Assembly (NCBI RefSeq): GCF_020885515.1
Contig: NZ_AP024987.1
Location: 270,001 to 302,000 of the forward strand
Source: a cyanobacterium endosymbiont of Braarudosphaera bigelowii
GTDB taxonomy: Bacteria > Cyanobacteriota > Cyanobacteriia > Cyanobacteriales > Microcystaceae
Length of the DNA stretch: 32,000 bases
Direction: 5' to 3'
Shown here: piece by piece, positions 10,015 to 20,960 of the stretch
How positions within the stretch are numbered: position 1 is the stretch's first letter
How the letters are laid out: every line of letters begins with the position of its first letter
Notes under the pieces: model-generated
What the model was told of the DNA's origin: nothing
Seen by the model: only the letters and a program-made list of their open reading frames with translations
The model's database searches: none
Program-made: the position numbers and the translations under genes

Positions 10015-10500
10015 TTCTTTGCAAATTCATAGTTGATCTTTTTTAGCTTTACTTATTCTGACAAAATAGTTTACTTGTCTCATCTGTCACACTTAATAGT
10101 TATGTTATCCAAAAATCTTCACATTCATCCTCCAAAATATTTGCTTTTTCTAAACTTACTTCAGAAATCTTTAATTCTTATCGAGTAAGTAGGATATCTT
10201 TAATATTAATCTGTTTATAACTTAAATATAATTCTCGATAATCTAATGTAAAGATCTCTACTTGTCCTAGAAATATATAATAGAAAAAATCTGAAAAGAT
10301 TTTTTCTATTGCTTTTTAACTATATTCTGAATGTATATCAGGCATGAAACTAACGGCTATTTTCTTTTAATCATTTTTGAAATTAATGGTTTTGTTAAAA
10401 AAGGTTTTCCAGTTCCTGGTTTCTTCGAAATGTCATTATTTCTCTTAGCAAATTTATTTGAACTAATATAAATAAGGATATCTAGATATTTAAAAGATTT
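10015..10500 (-). pseudogene. Decayed reverse-strand coding sequence, unidentified
   Basis: Reverse translation gives protein-like blocks broken by stops/frameshifts: KSFKYLDILIYISSNKFAKRNNDISKKPGTGKPFLTKPLISKMIK and KAIEKIFSDFFYYIFLGQVEIFTLDYRELYLSYKQINIKDILLTR*ELKISEVSLEKANILEDECEDFW. Confidence 0.45.
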
Positions 10501-10851
10501 CCAATCTTGAAATTATGGTAACTACTGTCATCTTTTCGGTCAAAAACTATTCCAAAATATTTTCAGAAATTTCTAGACCAGAATGAAGTCAGCTAGTACT
10601 GTTTCTTATCTTTTTTTATGGGACTAGATATCAGCATAGACATTGGTGAGGTTAATAATTTAAATTTTTAGCAATTTCTAATCTTCGAAATAATGGAAAC
10701 AATATATTACTGTATAAAACACTATGAAATCATAAATTTTGTACAACATCTAAATAATTCAATAATTTTTATGATTGATTTTATTTAAACAAGTTCTTCT
10801 CTCCAGAAGATGAGATAATTATATGTCCCGTAGTTGTGAGGAAAACTTTAA

Positions 10852-12663
10852 ATGCGACTATCCCAAGTGTTGTTTGTGACTTTACGCGAAGACCCTGCTG
10901 AAGCAGAAATAATGAGTCATAAATTATTGTTAAGAGCTTGTTATATTCGTCGTATTAGTAGTGGTATTTATTCTTATTTGCCCTTAATGTGGCGAGTATT
11001 ACAAAAAACTTCTCAAATAGTACGAGAAGAAATGAATTTCGTTGGAGCTCAAGAATGTTTATTACCTCAACTACAGATATCAGATTTATGGAAGGAATCA
11101 GGTAGATGGGAAACCTATACTAAAGCTGAGGGAATTATGTTTTCCCTAGTAGATAGGCAAAAAAAAGAATTAGCTTTAGGGCCAACTCATGAAGAAATCA
11201 TCACATCAATAGTTAGAGATATGATTACATCATATAAACAAATGCCTCTAAATTTATATCAAATTCAAACGAAATTTAGAGATGAGATCCGTCCTCGTTT
11301 TGGTTTGATGCGAAGTAGAGAGTTTATGATGAAAGATGCCTATTCTTTTGATGAAAATATAGAAAATCTTCAAAAGAATTATAGTGCAGTAAGCCAAGCT
11401 TACTGTAAAATTTTTGAGCGCTGTGGACTGTCTTTTCATGTTGTAGAAGCAGACTCTGGAGCGATAGGCGGTCTAGCTTCTCAAGAATTTATGGTTTTAA
11501 CAGATGTCGGAGAAGATGAAATTTTATATACAAAAGATGGTAGTTATGCGGCTAATGCAGAAAAAGCAACTTCTATACCTAACCCAGAAGATATATCACC
11601 TTTTGATAGTTATGAAGAGAGAGAAACTTTAAACTGTAATACACTAAAAAAGCTATCTGAGTTACTTAATTGTTCTCTCACTAATATTGTTAAAAATTTA
11701 TTGTATAAAGCAACTTATGATAACCAAAAAAGTATATTAATTTTAGTAAGTATCCGAGGAGATCAAGATGTTAACGAAGTAAAACTTAGTAATGAATTAA
11801 ATTATTTAGCTTTTAAATACGAAGCATCAACATTATTAACTCTAAAAATTTCTGATCAAGAATCTTTACTTAAGGATAGACTGCCATTAGGTTATATTGG
11901 TCCAGATCTAAAAGACTCTTATATTAATTCCAAAGAGAATATTGAGTCTTCTTTTTTAAGAATTGCAGATAAAACTGTTATTAATCTCAAAAACTTTGTT
12001 ACCGGATCTAATAAATTAGATCATCATATTGTGGGAGGAAATTGGGGACAATCACATAGATTACCGGAGTTAATTCTTGATATTAGAAAAGCGAAGGAAG
12101 GTGATAAGGTTTCTAACGACAATTACGAAAAGTTAATGAGCAAAAAAGGAATTGAAGTAGGACATGTCTTTCAATTAGGGACAAAATATTCGGAGAAAAT
12201 GAAAGCGACCTTTACTGATAAAAACGGTGAAGAAAAACCTATTACAATGGGATGTTATGGTATTGGTATTTCCCGTTTAGTTCAATCTGCCGTGGAACAA
12301 AATTATGATAAAAATGGAATTATTTGGCCACTTGCAATAGCTCCTTATCATGCTATTATTGTAGTTCCAAATATGAATGAAAAAAAACAAATAGAAATTG
12401 CAGAAAAGATTTATCATGATTTAAACAATATTGGGATAGAGACTATCTTAGATGATCGTACTGAACGAATAGGTGTTAAGTTTAAAGATGCTGAGCTTAT
12501 TGGAATTCCTTATCAAATAGTGACGGGAAGAACATTAAAATTTGGCAAAGTAGAAGTAGTAGAAAGAAAAACAAAAAATTCACAAGAGGTAATTATTGAA
12601 GAATTACCTAGACTATTTCATGAGCTTTTAAAGAATATTAAGTTATCATCACAATTCATATAA
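10852..12663 (+). CDS. proS: Proline--tRNA ligase
   Basis: [58 protein letters not shown] class II synthetase motifs. Confidence 0.98.
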   Translation: MRLSQVLFVTLREDPAEAEIMSHKLLLRACYIRRISSGIYSYLPLMWRVLQKTSQIVREEMNFVGAQECLLPQLQISDLWKESGRWETYTKAEGIMFSLVDRQKKELALGPTHEEIITSIVRDMITSYKQMPLNLYQIQTKFRDEIRPRFGLMRSREFMMKDAYSFDENIENLQKNYSAVSQAYCKIFERCGLSFHVVEADSGAIGGLASQEFMVLTDVGEDEILYTKDGSYAANAEKATSIPNPEDISPFDSYEERETLNCNTLKKLSELLNCSLTNIVKNLLYKATYDNQKSILILVSIRGDQDVNEVKLSNELNYLAFKYEASTLLTLKISDQESLLKDRLPLGYIGPDLKDSYINSKENIESSFLRIADKTVINLKNFVTGSNKLDHHIVGGNWGQSHRLPELILDIRKAKEGDKVSNDNYEKLMSKKGIEVGHVFQLGTKYSEKMKATFTDKNGEEKPITMGCYGIGISRLVQSAVEQNYDKNGIIWPLAIAPYHAIIVVPNMNEKKQIEIAEKIYHDLNNIGIETILDDRTERIGVKFKDAELIGIPYQIVTGRTLKFGKVEVVERKTKNSQEVIIEELPRLFHELLKNIKLSSQFI

Positions 12664-12673
12664 AAGAATTATC

Positions 12674-12717
12674 AAAGAAGCTACAGTTTAAACATTAGTT
12701 TAAACTGTAGCTTCTTT
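12674..12717 (+). terminator. Rho-independent terminator of proS
   Basis: Perfect 20-bp stem AAAGAAGCTACAGTTTAAAC/GTTTAAACTGTAGCTTCTTT with ATTA loop followed by T run, 10 nt after the proS stop. Confidence 0.9.
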
Positions 12718-12809
12718 TTTACATATACAATGATTGTAGTAAATAATCATATATTTTATCTTGAAATGACTTTTATTATTTCAAGTTTTAACCATTTTTT
12801 GTAATTTTT

Positions 12810-13679
12810 ATGTATCAAATTACTGGGAAAACAAAGCTTTTAGGAATTATAGGAGATCCTGTTGAACATTCTCTTTCTCCGATTATGCATAACACAGTTA
12901 TTTCTGAATTAGAAATGGACTATATTTATGTTCCTTTTACTGTTACCCAAAAACATTTAAATAGTGCGTTAATAGGACTTGCTAATATTGGAGTAGTGGG
13001 CTTCAATGTAACGATCCCTCATAAAGAAACTATTTTACCTTTACTTTTTAAAGCGACTAAAGTTTCTCAACTAATAGGTGCAGTGAATACTGTTTGGTAT
13101 ACAGATGAAGGGTGGTATGGTACTAATACAGATGTCGTTGGTATTTTAGCATCACTAAAGCCATTAAATTATAATTGGTCAAATACTAAACCTATCATTT
13201 TAGGATACGGTGGAGCTGCCAAAGCAGCTATGGTTGCTTTGGCAGAACTAGGATGTACTGAAATTATCATAGTGGGACGAAACTATGATCGATTAAAAAA
13301 TTTTAGAGAAAGGTGGTCAGCTAGTGAGCTTTTTGACTGTATTAATATTTATCGTTTTAGCGAATTACCAAAAATATTAGATAAGACTCAATTACTTATT
13401 AATGCTACTCCCATTGGGATGTATCCTAATATCAATCATTCTCCTATCGCGAAAGAAATTCTAAAACAATTACCTAATACAGCAATTATATATGATTTAA
13501 TTTATACTCCAAGTTCAACTATCTTGCTTCAAGATGCTGCTAATTTAGGATTAGCAACTATTAATGGTTCAAAAATGTTAGTTCATCAAGGTGCTGCTGC
13601 ACTAGGGTTATGGTTACAAAAAGAGGTTCCAACTGATTTAATGTATCGTTCACTAATGAACTACTTACAAAAAAATTAA
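12810..13679 (+). CDS. aroE: Shikimate dehydrogenase
   Basis: GDPVEHSLSPIMHN, GFNVTIPHKE, LGYGGAAKAAM, NATPIGM, MLVHQGAAAL-type segments. Confidence 0.97.
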   Translation: MYQITGKTKLLGIIGDPVEHSLSPIMHNTVISELEMDYIYVPFTVTQKHLNSALIGLANIGVVGFNVTIPHKETILPLLFKATKVSQLIGAVNTVWYTDEGWYGTNTDVVGILASLKPLNYNWSNTKPIILGYGGAAKAAMVALAELGCTEIIIVGRNYDRLKNFRERWSASELFDCINIYRFSELPKILDKTQLLINATPIGMYPNINHSPIAKEILKQLPNTAIIYDLIYTPSSTILLQDAANLGLATINGSKMLVHQGAAALGLWLQKEVPTDLMYRSLMNYLQKN

Positions 13680-13796
13680 TATTTTTCTTAAGTTAAATTG
13701 TTAATTGAAAACTATAATGTATTCAGAGTAATAATTTAAGATAAACGTTAATATATCATTGTATTATTACTCTAAAATATTGTTTCACAGTTAACT

Positions 13797-14990
13797 TCAA
13801 CTATAATTGCTAGTCATATTAACAAAAGAAATTTTTAAATAATCGTTTTCCATTTTAGCTCCTGAGGGATTAAGAGAAGCTAAAGATTTTGGTAGAACGA
13901 GGTTACGTCTATGATTACCGATTCTAATATTTAGTTCATCCCCAGTTTTATTAAGTTGAATCTGTTCTTTCGGAATTCCTGGTAAATATAATTCTAAACT
14001 ACAGATATCCTTTTCTTTGATTATACGAATGGTATCTTCTTGGTAATAAACTTGAGTTGGATCTTCATCTTTATAAAGTATTTCTTTTAATCTTTCTAAT
14101 GATTCCATTCCGCATAATTCCTGTGAAAATAAGGGAACTTCTTTAACAGGTAAAGGATGAAAGTTATTGTGAATTTCTTGTTTGTAGATACTCTGGCTAT
14201 TTTTCCATTTTTCAAAGAAAGAATCATTAACTGTATCAGGAATAATTCTATTAGCAATTACTAGATCAGTAGAAACATTATACAAACTTAAATAAGCATG
14301 TGCTCTCAACGATTCTTTGATTACCATTTTTTCAGGATTAGTAACTAATCTAACGGAAGTTTGTTTATTATTTGTTAAAACTTTTTCTAAAGCTTCGATT
14401 TGTTCATAAAATTCATAAGGTGCATCCATAACTTCTTTATCAGGTAGTGAAAATCCAGCAATTGGTTTAAAAAGTGGTTCTACTAAAGGCCGTAAAGCAA
14501 CAGACATTCCTTGTAAAGGCTTATAAAATCTTCTCATATACCATCCCCCAACTTCAGGAATGCTTAATAATCTTAATGCAGTTCCTGTAGGTGCAGAGTC
14601 AATAATTAAAACATCATATTCGCCTTCATCATGATGGCGTTTCATTCTTACTAATCCAAAAATTTCATCCATTCCTGGTAGTATAGCTAATTCTTCTGCT
14701 TGTACTCCATCCAGACCCCTAGCTTGTAAAACTTGAGTAATATATCTTTTTACGGCTCCCCAATTTCCCTCTAGTTCCATGAGAGCATCTAATTCGGCTC
14801 CCCATAGTTTAGGACGAATTGCAACAGGTTTATGTCCTAGCTCCAAATCAAAACTATCAGCTAAGGAATGAGCAGGATCTGTACTTAATACTAAAGTTTT
14901 GTACCCTAATTCAGCACATTTCATACCAGTTGCAGCAGCAACAGAGGTTTTACCAACTCCTCCTTTACCAGTCATCAAAATTACACGCAT
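13797..14990 (-). CDS. ArsA/Get3 family P-loop ATPase with C-terminal HSP20-like domain (Get3d-like)
   Basis: [17 protein letters not shown] deviant Walker A and [16 protein letters not shown]; C-terminal [17 protein letters not shown]...[18 protein letters not shown] resembles an alpha-crystallin fold strand pattern. Confidence 0.92.
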   Translation of the reverse strand: MRVILMTGKGGVGKTSVAAATGMKCAELGYKTLVLSTDPAHSLADSFDLELGHKPVAIRPKLWGAELDALMELEGNWGAVKRYITQVLQARGLDGVQAEELAILPGMDEIFGLVRMKRHHDEGEYDVLIIDSAPTGTALRLLSIPEVGGWYMRRFYKPLQGMSVALRPLVEPLFKPIAGFSLPDKEVMDAPYEFYEQIEALEKVLTNNKQTSVRLVTNPEKMVIKESLRAHAYLSLYNVSTDLVIANRIIPDTVNDSFFEKWKNSQSIYKQEIHNNFHPLPVKEVPLFSQELCGMESLERLKEILYKDEDPTQVYYQEDTIRIIKEKDICSLELYLPGIPKEQIQLNKTGDELNIRIGNHRRNLVLPKSLASLNPSGAKMENDYLKISFVNMTSNYS

Positions 14991-15222
14991 AGTTCTTTAA
15001 AAAATTAACTTGTTTCTTATATTATGAAGTATTTCAAAACATAATTTATGCAGTATCGATGAATATTGATATTAATATAGTTTTTTCAATCAAAAAATAT
15101 ACATATTATTCTTTATAAATATGTATAGCACGTTAGGGTAAATATATTATATCGTTTAAATAAAAGAACTAAGAACTATGTCTTATTAGTTAATCTCTCG
15201 ATTTTTATAAGGATGAAAATTC

Positions 15223-16038
15223 TCAAATATTCTTATTTCTTTCGGGCCTAAATAAATGATTATGATCAGGATGATACAACTTAGAACGATTATCAATGTT
15301 AGTTTTTAGAGCGGGACTAATAATATAGAGAGTAGTGCGAATAAGTTTTTCTTTTTGAGTAACTTCTGCCATGTTTTCTAAAGGAACAATTCGAATTACT
15401 TCATCTGGCCAGCCAACTCGAAAACATATAGCAACTAAAGTATTAGAGGGATAGTGTTTGAGGAGTGCAGCTTGTGATTTTTCTGCATGACGTGCTGCTA
15501 AATAAAGACATAGACTTGATTTATGAGCCGCTAATTTTTCTAGTTTTTCAGGACTGGGCACTTTCGACGCAGCACCGTCTACACGTGTTAATATGATTGT
15601 CTGCACTAGCTCAGGAATTGTCAATTCTGCGCTAATTTTAGCTGCTGCTGCTTGAAAAGCACTAATACCGGGAACTAGTTCAAATTTAATATTTTCTTTA
15701 ATCAGAAGAGTAATTTGTTCATAGATTGCACTATAAAGTGTTAAATCTCCTGAATGAAGACGTACAACAGTATAACCATGTTCAACTCTATTTTTTATTA
15801 ACTCTATTATACTCTCAAGAGTTTTATTTCCAGTAGTAATTAGCTGTGCATCTTTGCGAACATCTTGTAAAATTTGTTTTGGAATTAAAGAATCTGCATA
15901 TAAAATAACATCAGCTTGAGTAATTATTTTATATGCCTTTAAAGTCAACAGTTCTGGATCACCTGGACCAGCACCAATAAAGTAAACTAATGGTTTTAAA
16001 GGAGTCATTGTATCTAATTTTTCAAATAAGTTTGACAA
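15223..16038 (-). CDS. cobM: Precorrin-4/cobalt-precorrin-4 C11-methyltransferase
   Basis: VYFIGAGPGDPELLTLKA, VVRLHSGDLTLYSAIYEQ, VPGISAFQAAAA are SAM-dependent tetrapyrrole methylase/CobM motifs. Confidence 0.93.
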   Translation of the reverse strand: MSNLFEKLDTMTPLKPLVYFIGAGPGDPELLTLKAYKIITQADVILYADSLIPKQILQDVRKDAQLITTGNKTLESIIELIKNRVEHGYTVVRLHSGDLTLYSAIYEQITLLIKENIKFELVPGISAFQAAAAKISAELTIPELVQTIILTRVDGAASKVPSPEKLEKLAAHKSSLCLYLAARHAEKSQAALLKHYPSNTLVAICFRVGWPDEVIRIVPLENMAEVTQKEKLIRTTLYIISPALKTNIDNRSKLYHPDHNHLFRPERNKNI

Positions 16039-16268
16039 TATTAAACAACAGGAGGATTATGGTTTTACTATTCGACAACTTACAAAATTTATAATAAGTA
16101 GTTAATATGTTATTAGATTAACATATTGAATAACATATAAGATTTTTTTTGAAGTATCTGCAATGTATTTCATAATGTTGTCTAAGTGAAAAAATGAAGC
16201 TTGATGTTTTTAATTTTATGTCAAGAAATTATTATTCAATAACTATCAAACTGAAATATTTATTAGAA

Positions 16269-16832
16269 CTAGAAATATAGATAATGCATAATTTCCGATG
16301 CAAGTTTTCCATTTAACTTTAATCTTTTTTGGAGATCAGCTAAGTCTTTAAAATCACCTCTTGTCAATCTATTTTTTACAATTTCTTCTGCCATTAGGTT
16401 ACTAATAGGATTAATTCCTTTGAGCTCTTCTAAAGTTGCTAAGTTTATATTGATCCTTTGTGGTGTTAAAGCACTTTCAGGATCATAATAAGAAAAAGCT
16501 AAAATCTTTGCTAAAGGTTGAAGACGTTGAAGAGGAATTTTTAGTGCGGCTGACATGTCTTCCACAGACAAAATTTCTACTCCTGAATTGATTAATTCCA
16601 CTAAACTACGAGCTTGGTGAATTGATATTCCAGGTAACCTCAATAAATCGTCAACATTAGCCTTATCAATTTCAATTTTAACTCCTAACTCTTCTGCAAT
16701 GGATATTTCTTCAAAAGAAGTAAAACGATGATATGGATCATTTTTAATACGTTCCCGAAGACTTCTCTTTTGAGAGTTTAATTTGTTCGCTAAAAAAGAA
16801 AATATCATAATAAAAAATAATTTGTATTTCAA
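16269..16832 (-). CDS. Helix-hairpin-helix domain protein, ComEA-like
   Basis: N-terminal hydrophobic segment; IDKANVDDLLRLPGISIHQARSLVE and ININLATLEELKGINPISNLMAEEIVKNR HhH repeats. Confidence 0.8.
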   Translation of the reverse strand: MKYKLFFIMIFSFLANKLNSQKRSLRERIKNDPYHRFTSFEEISIAEELGVKIEIDKANVDDLLRLPGISIHQARSLVELINSGVEILSVEDMSAALKIPLQRLQPLAKILAFSYYDPESALTPQRININLATLEELKGINPISNLMAEEIVKNRLTRGDFKDLADLQKRLKLNGKLASEIMHYLYF

Positions 16833-16900
16833 ATATAGATAAGATCTACATCTAAGTTTATATGAAATATTCTAAATTAAATGCTTCACAATTAGGAAGT

Positions 16901-17350
16901 TTAATTAATCCTATCTAATAACTGACGACGTTTTTGTTCAAATTCATAATCAGTAATTAATCCTTCTGCTCTTAGCTTATCTAACTCTCTCAAACCTCCA
17001 GATACCATGTCAATTTGTAACGGCTCAACTTTTCTAACCTGCTGTGTATGAGTAGCCATGCTAGGAAGTTTAGATTTCGCCTTGGCAGGTTCTAAAATAG
17101 GTAAATTATTAAATTGATTGTTAAATTGTTCTTCACCCTGAGCGAAGTACCATAACGCATCAATTGCGCACGCAATACTAGGAATAGGAGTATTCCATAA
17201 CAAAAAGTACATAACTCCCCAAACAGGTTGTCCCAGGTAAAATTTATGTACTCCAGCAATAGGCCAAGGGACCACAGTGGATAATAAAGCTAGTGTAATA
17301 CCAACTTTACGGTTTTTGGGTTGAGTAAGTAGTTTTTCCAATCGTTGCAT
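16901..17350 (-). CDS. TM2 domain protein with C-terminal SHOCT-like motif
   Basis: GVHKFYLGQPVWGVMYFLLW is TM2-like; LRELDKLRAEGLITDYEFEQKRRQLLDRI is SHOCT-like. Confidence 0.87.
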   Translation of the reverse strand: MQRLEKLLTQPKNRKVGITLALLSTVVPWPIAGVHKFYLGQPVWGVMYFLLWNTPIPSIACAIDALWYFAQGEEQFNNQFNNLPILEPAKAKSKLPSMATHTQQVRKVEPLQIDMVSGGLRELDKLRAEGLITDYEFEQKRRQLLDRIN

Positions 17351-17602
17351 TGAGGCCTCGATTTTTAGATTTTTTATATTTACGATACCATACTATATCA
17401 CTTTATTGACAGAATGTAGCGTTTAAAAAAATTGAGTTCTTAAGATTATTTATTAAATTTATTTATGATACGGTAAACCGTAGTTTTCTATAACTTTCAA
17501 CTCTTTTACAATAACAACATAAACTACAATAGCAATATAAACCAGTTAATATTTAACTATTAATCCAATTGGTTTACATTTAAATCATAAGGAAAATTAA
17601 GT

Positions 17603-17920
17603 ATGGGATTTTATGACTCGGAAATTGTTCAGAGAGAAGCTAAGCAGTTATTTGAAGATTATCAATCATTGACACAGTTAGGAAGCGAATACGGAAGATT
17701 TGATCGTAAAGGAAAAAAGATCTTTATTGAGCAAATGGAAGCACTTATGGAACGCTACAAAATTTTTATGAAACGTTTTGAATTATCTGAAGATTTTATG
17801 GCTCAAATAACTGTTCAACAGTTAAAAAATCAATTGGGACAATTTGGGATCACCCCACAACAGATGTTTGATCAGATGAATATAACCTTAGAAAAAATGA
17901 AATCTGAGATAGAAAACTAG
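17603..17920 (+). CDS. DUF1825 family protein
   Basis: 105 aa MGFYDSEIVQREAKQLFEDYQSLTQLGSEYGRFDRKGKKIFIEQMEALMERYKIFMKRFELSEDF matches the cyanobacterial family. Confidence 0.9.
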   Translation: MGFYDSEIVQREAKQLFEDYQSLTQLGSEYGRFDRKGKKIFIEQMEALMERYKIFMKRFELSEDFMAQITVQQLKNQLGQFGITPQQMFDQMNITLEKMKSEIEN

Positions 17921-18039
17921 TATCTAATTTCTTTAAACTAGTTAATAATTTTCGAAGAAATTTCTTAATCTGTAAATAATAGACTTTAAAGTTTCAAAGT
18001 AATGCTATCATTTTTCATTTAGGTTTCATTTTAAAAATT

Positions 18040-19230
18040 ATGTATGATTTTGTAATTATTGGCGGAGGCATAGTTGGACTTTCTGTCGGGATGAGTTTAG
18101 GAAAACGTTTTCCTAGTAAATCTATTTTGATTATAGAAAAAGAAGATAAGATTGCTGCTCATCAAACAGGTCATAACAGTGGAGTGATACATTCTGGAAT
18201 TTATTATAAACCAAACAGTTTTAAAGCAGAGTTTACCCGTAAAGGAAACCAATCGATTGTGGAATTTTGTCAAACATATGATCTTCCCTATAAAGTATGT
18301 GGCAAATTTATTGTTGCTACCAGAAAAAGCGAATTGTCAGCGTTACAGAATTTATATCAGCAAGGATTAAAAAATGGCCTGGAAGTAGAAAAAGTTTCGG
18401 CTGAAGAAATTAAAGAAAAAGAACCTTACATAAATTGCCTAGAAGGAATTAAAGTTGAAAAGGCAGGTATTACTGACTATACAAAAATTTGTCGAAAGTA
18501 TATAGATTTAATTCAAAAACAAGGAGGTGAATTGAAACTTAATACAAAAGTCATAAACATCAGAAATATACAAAACAATAAAATTTTAGAAACAACACAA
18601 GGGGAAATAAAAGCAAAGTTTATGATCAACTGTGCAGGCTTGTATAGTGATTTTATTACTAAATTAGATGGATTTAGACCCCCAGCACAAATTATTCCTT
18701 TCCGTGGTGAATATTATCAACTTAAACCTAATAAAAACTACTTAGTAAACAGCCTTATCTATCCAGTTCCTAATCCTGAGTTTCCTTTTCTAGGTGTGCA
18801 TTTTACTCGTATGATCGATGGTAGTGTTCATGCTGGACCTAATGCAGTCTTAAGTTTAAAAAGAGAAGGATATAAGAAAACTGATTTCGATGCTAAAGAA
18901 TTTTTTGAAATAGTTACTTATAAAGGATTTTGGAAATTAGTACAAAAACACACTAACGAAGGTGTTAAGGAAATTATTCGTTCTTTTAGTAAAACTGCTT
19001 TTGTGAAGAGTCTACAACAATTAATTCCAGAAATTACTATAAATGATGTTGTTAGTTGTGAAGCTGGAGTAAGAGCACAAGCATTGAAAAATAATGGTAG
19101 CCTCGTAGATGATTTTTTAATTATTCAAAACAAAAATTCATTACATGTTTGCAATGCTCCTTCCCCCGCTGCAACAGCCTCTTTAGAAATTGGTAAATAT
19201 ATAGTTAATCAAATTTCTCAACAAGGGTGA
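18040..19230 (+). CDS. lhgO: L-2-hydroxyglutarate oxidase
   Basis: FAD-binding YDFVIIGGGIVGLSVGMSL, HQTGHNSGVIHSGIYYKPNSFKA and CEAGVRAQAL. Confidence 0.93.
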   Translation: MYDFVIIGGGIVGLSVGMSLGKRFPSKSILIIEKEDKIAAHQTGHNSGVIHSGIYYKPNSFKAEFTRKGNQSIVEFCQTYDLPYKVCGKFIVATRKSELSALQNLYQQGLKNGLEVEKVSAEEIKEKEPYINCLEGIKVEKAGITDYTKICRKYIDLIQKQGGELKLNTKVINIRNIQNNKILETTQGEIKAKFMINCAGLYSDFITKLDGFRPPAQIIPFRGEYYQLKPNKNYLVNSLIYPVPNPEFPFLGVHFTRMIDGSVHAGPNAVLSLKREGYKKTDFDAKEFFEIVTYKGFWKLVQKHTNEGVKEIIRSFSKTAFVKSLQQLIPEITINDVVSCEAGVRAQALKNNGSLVDDFLIIQNKNSLHVCNAPSPAATASLEIGKYIVNQISQQG

Positions 19231-19464
19231 ATTCTCAAAATTTTATCACTATATTATTTTGTAATATTCAAATGAAAGACTCAATCATAATATATTTCCT
19301 ATTCTAGATTTCTTGAATAGATTTGAAAGATAGCTTTATATTAGTACATGACAAGTTAAGAGATGAAAATAAGCTGTAGTTAATTTCTAATTTTCAATTA
19401 AAAAACTTAAGCAAGCTAATTAACAAAATATATAGTGTAATTGTTTTTTTTTAAACTATTTGTC

Positions 19465-20085
19465 TTATTTAATATCAGAATGTCCCTCCCAACGATTTAT
19501 CAAAGGACAATCAATATTTAATTGATCCAGTACACGAACTATGACAAAGTCTACTAAATCTTCTATAGTTTGAGGTTTGTGGTACCAAGCCGGAATTGCA
19601 GGAACTATTTTTACTCCTACCTCTGCTAAAGTTACTAAATTGCGTAAATGTATTAGACTCAAAGGAGTTTCACGAGGAACTACTACTAAAGGACGACCCT
19701 CTTTTAGTTGAACATCAGCTACTCTCTCCAATAAATCTAAACTTAATCCCGATGATAGCTTTGCGATAGTATTCATACTACAAGGTATGATTATCATACC
19801 TAAGGTACGGAAAGAACCGCTTGCTATACTCGCGCCAATATCTGTCCAACGATGACATTTTAATTGTCCTGCTTTTGGTACCCCTACTTGGCTACGCCAA
19901 AACTGTACTTGTAAGTCAGGCTCTAGAGGCATTTTGATTTTTTCTTCTGCTTGCCATACTAGATAAGTAGCTTTAGAAGCTACGATATCAACTGTATAAT
20001 TTGCTTCTAAAAGAAATTTCAAAATACGAACACTATAAATTAAACCAGAAGCTCCGCTAATACCTAAAATTAATGGTTTTTTCAT
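19465..20085 (-). CDS. ubiX: Flavin prenyltransferase UbiX
   Basis: LILGISGASGLIYSVRIL, MIIIPCSMNTIAKLSSGLS, RPLVVVPRETPLSLIHLRN. Start set at MKKPLILG (20085). Confidence 0.95.
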   Translation of the reverse strand: MKKPLILGISGASGLIYSVRILKFLLEANYTVDIVASKATYLVWQAEEKIKMPLEPDLQVQFWRSQVGVPKAGQLKCHRWTDIGASIASGSFRTLGMIIIPCSMNTIAKLSSGLSLDLLERVADVQLKEGRPLVVVPRETPLSLIHLRNLVTLAEVGVKIVPAIPAWYHKPQTIEDLVDFVIVRVLDQLNIDCPLINRWEGHSDIK

Positions 20086-20404
20086 TAAGTTGACCTTTTT
20101 AAGTTGAAACCTCAACTATTAATATTTTTCTTAATTCCTCTGCTTTTAGTAAAACTTTTGTTTCATTTTCTTTCATGCTGTACTTTCTGTCCTTTAAGTG
20201 ACCTGAAGTGCCATCTAGTTATTTTTAGTAGTAATGAAATTATATCGTATTGATTCAAATATATTATTATAAGAATCCTGATAAGTATTAGGAATTATTA
20301 GTTAAAAAATCTAGATAAAATTACTTAAAAGGAAAATATATTAGGCAATGGGGACGATAATAAAATAAATGTTGCTTAACTAAATAATTCTATTTATATT
20401 ACTT

Positions 20405-20440
20405 ATATATCAGGTATGTTAGATACTTGATATATATTTT
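20405..20440. terminator. Orphan hairpin in long intergenic region
   Basis: ATATATCAGGTAT (20405-20417) pairs (one G-U) with ATACTTGATATAT (20423-20435), followed by T run; no intact adjacent gene end. Confidence 0.35.
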
Positions 20441-20960
20441 TATAGTCATTATTATTATTTTTAATGAAAATAATAATTAAATCTCACTTATTGTTTTCAT
20501 ATATTTTAATCATATATTCTTATGTTTAATTTATTGTTTTAATCTGTTCTTTCTCAAAATATAATCTTGCATTTAATATTAATAAAGAAATATATTGCCT
20601 CTTAAAAAGATGAAAAATCTTAGTTTTCAAAAATATCGTAGATGTTTCAGTAAAAAACTACACTTCATAATTTTTACTAAAAAATATATTTTTATTCCAT
20701 CAATATTCAATTATTTAGCTATCTAAATCTTTTGTATCCATTAAAGTTTTACATAATAAGGCTATATAAAAAACAATATTCTTATTTGCATTTTTATGCT
20801 TTTCTTGAATTTAAAGATAATACAAACTTCTTCTTAAAACTAGAATCTTTTCTGTTTTATTTTATTTTGATATTTAATCTTTATAGAAAGATTTATGGTA
20901 GATTTATATGGAACGGATTAAACGTAACAGCAAAAATTGAATTTTCATAATTAATGACTA

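Noticed and set aside
11254-11439. Reverse 61-aa ORF inside proS
   Set aside because: Antisense shadow ORF in a clear proS coding sequence.
16047-16094. Ideal AGGAGG followed by ATG and an 11-codon ORF (MVLLFDNLQNL*) on forward strand, divergent from cobM
   Set aside because: Too short, not followed by a forward gene; probably chance, although a leader peptide cannot be formally excluded.
17469-17482. Small palindrome TACGGTAAACCGTA upstream of DUF1825 gene
   Set aside because: Only a 6-bp arm, single occurrence noticed; insufficient for an operator claim.
20732-20950. Forward 72-aa ORF
   Set aside because: Phe/Tyr/Lys-rich composition typical of random AT-rich sequence, no domain, ends just before the glycosyltransferase start.
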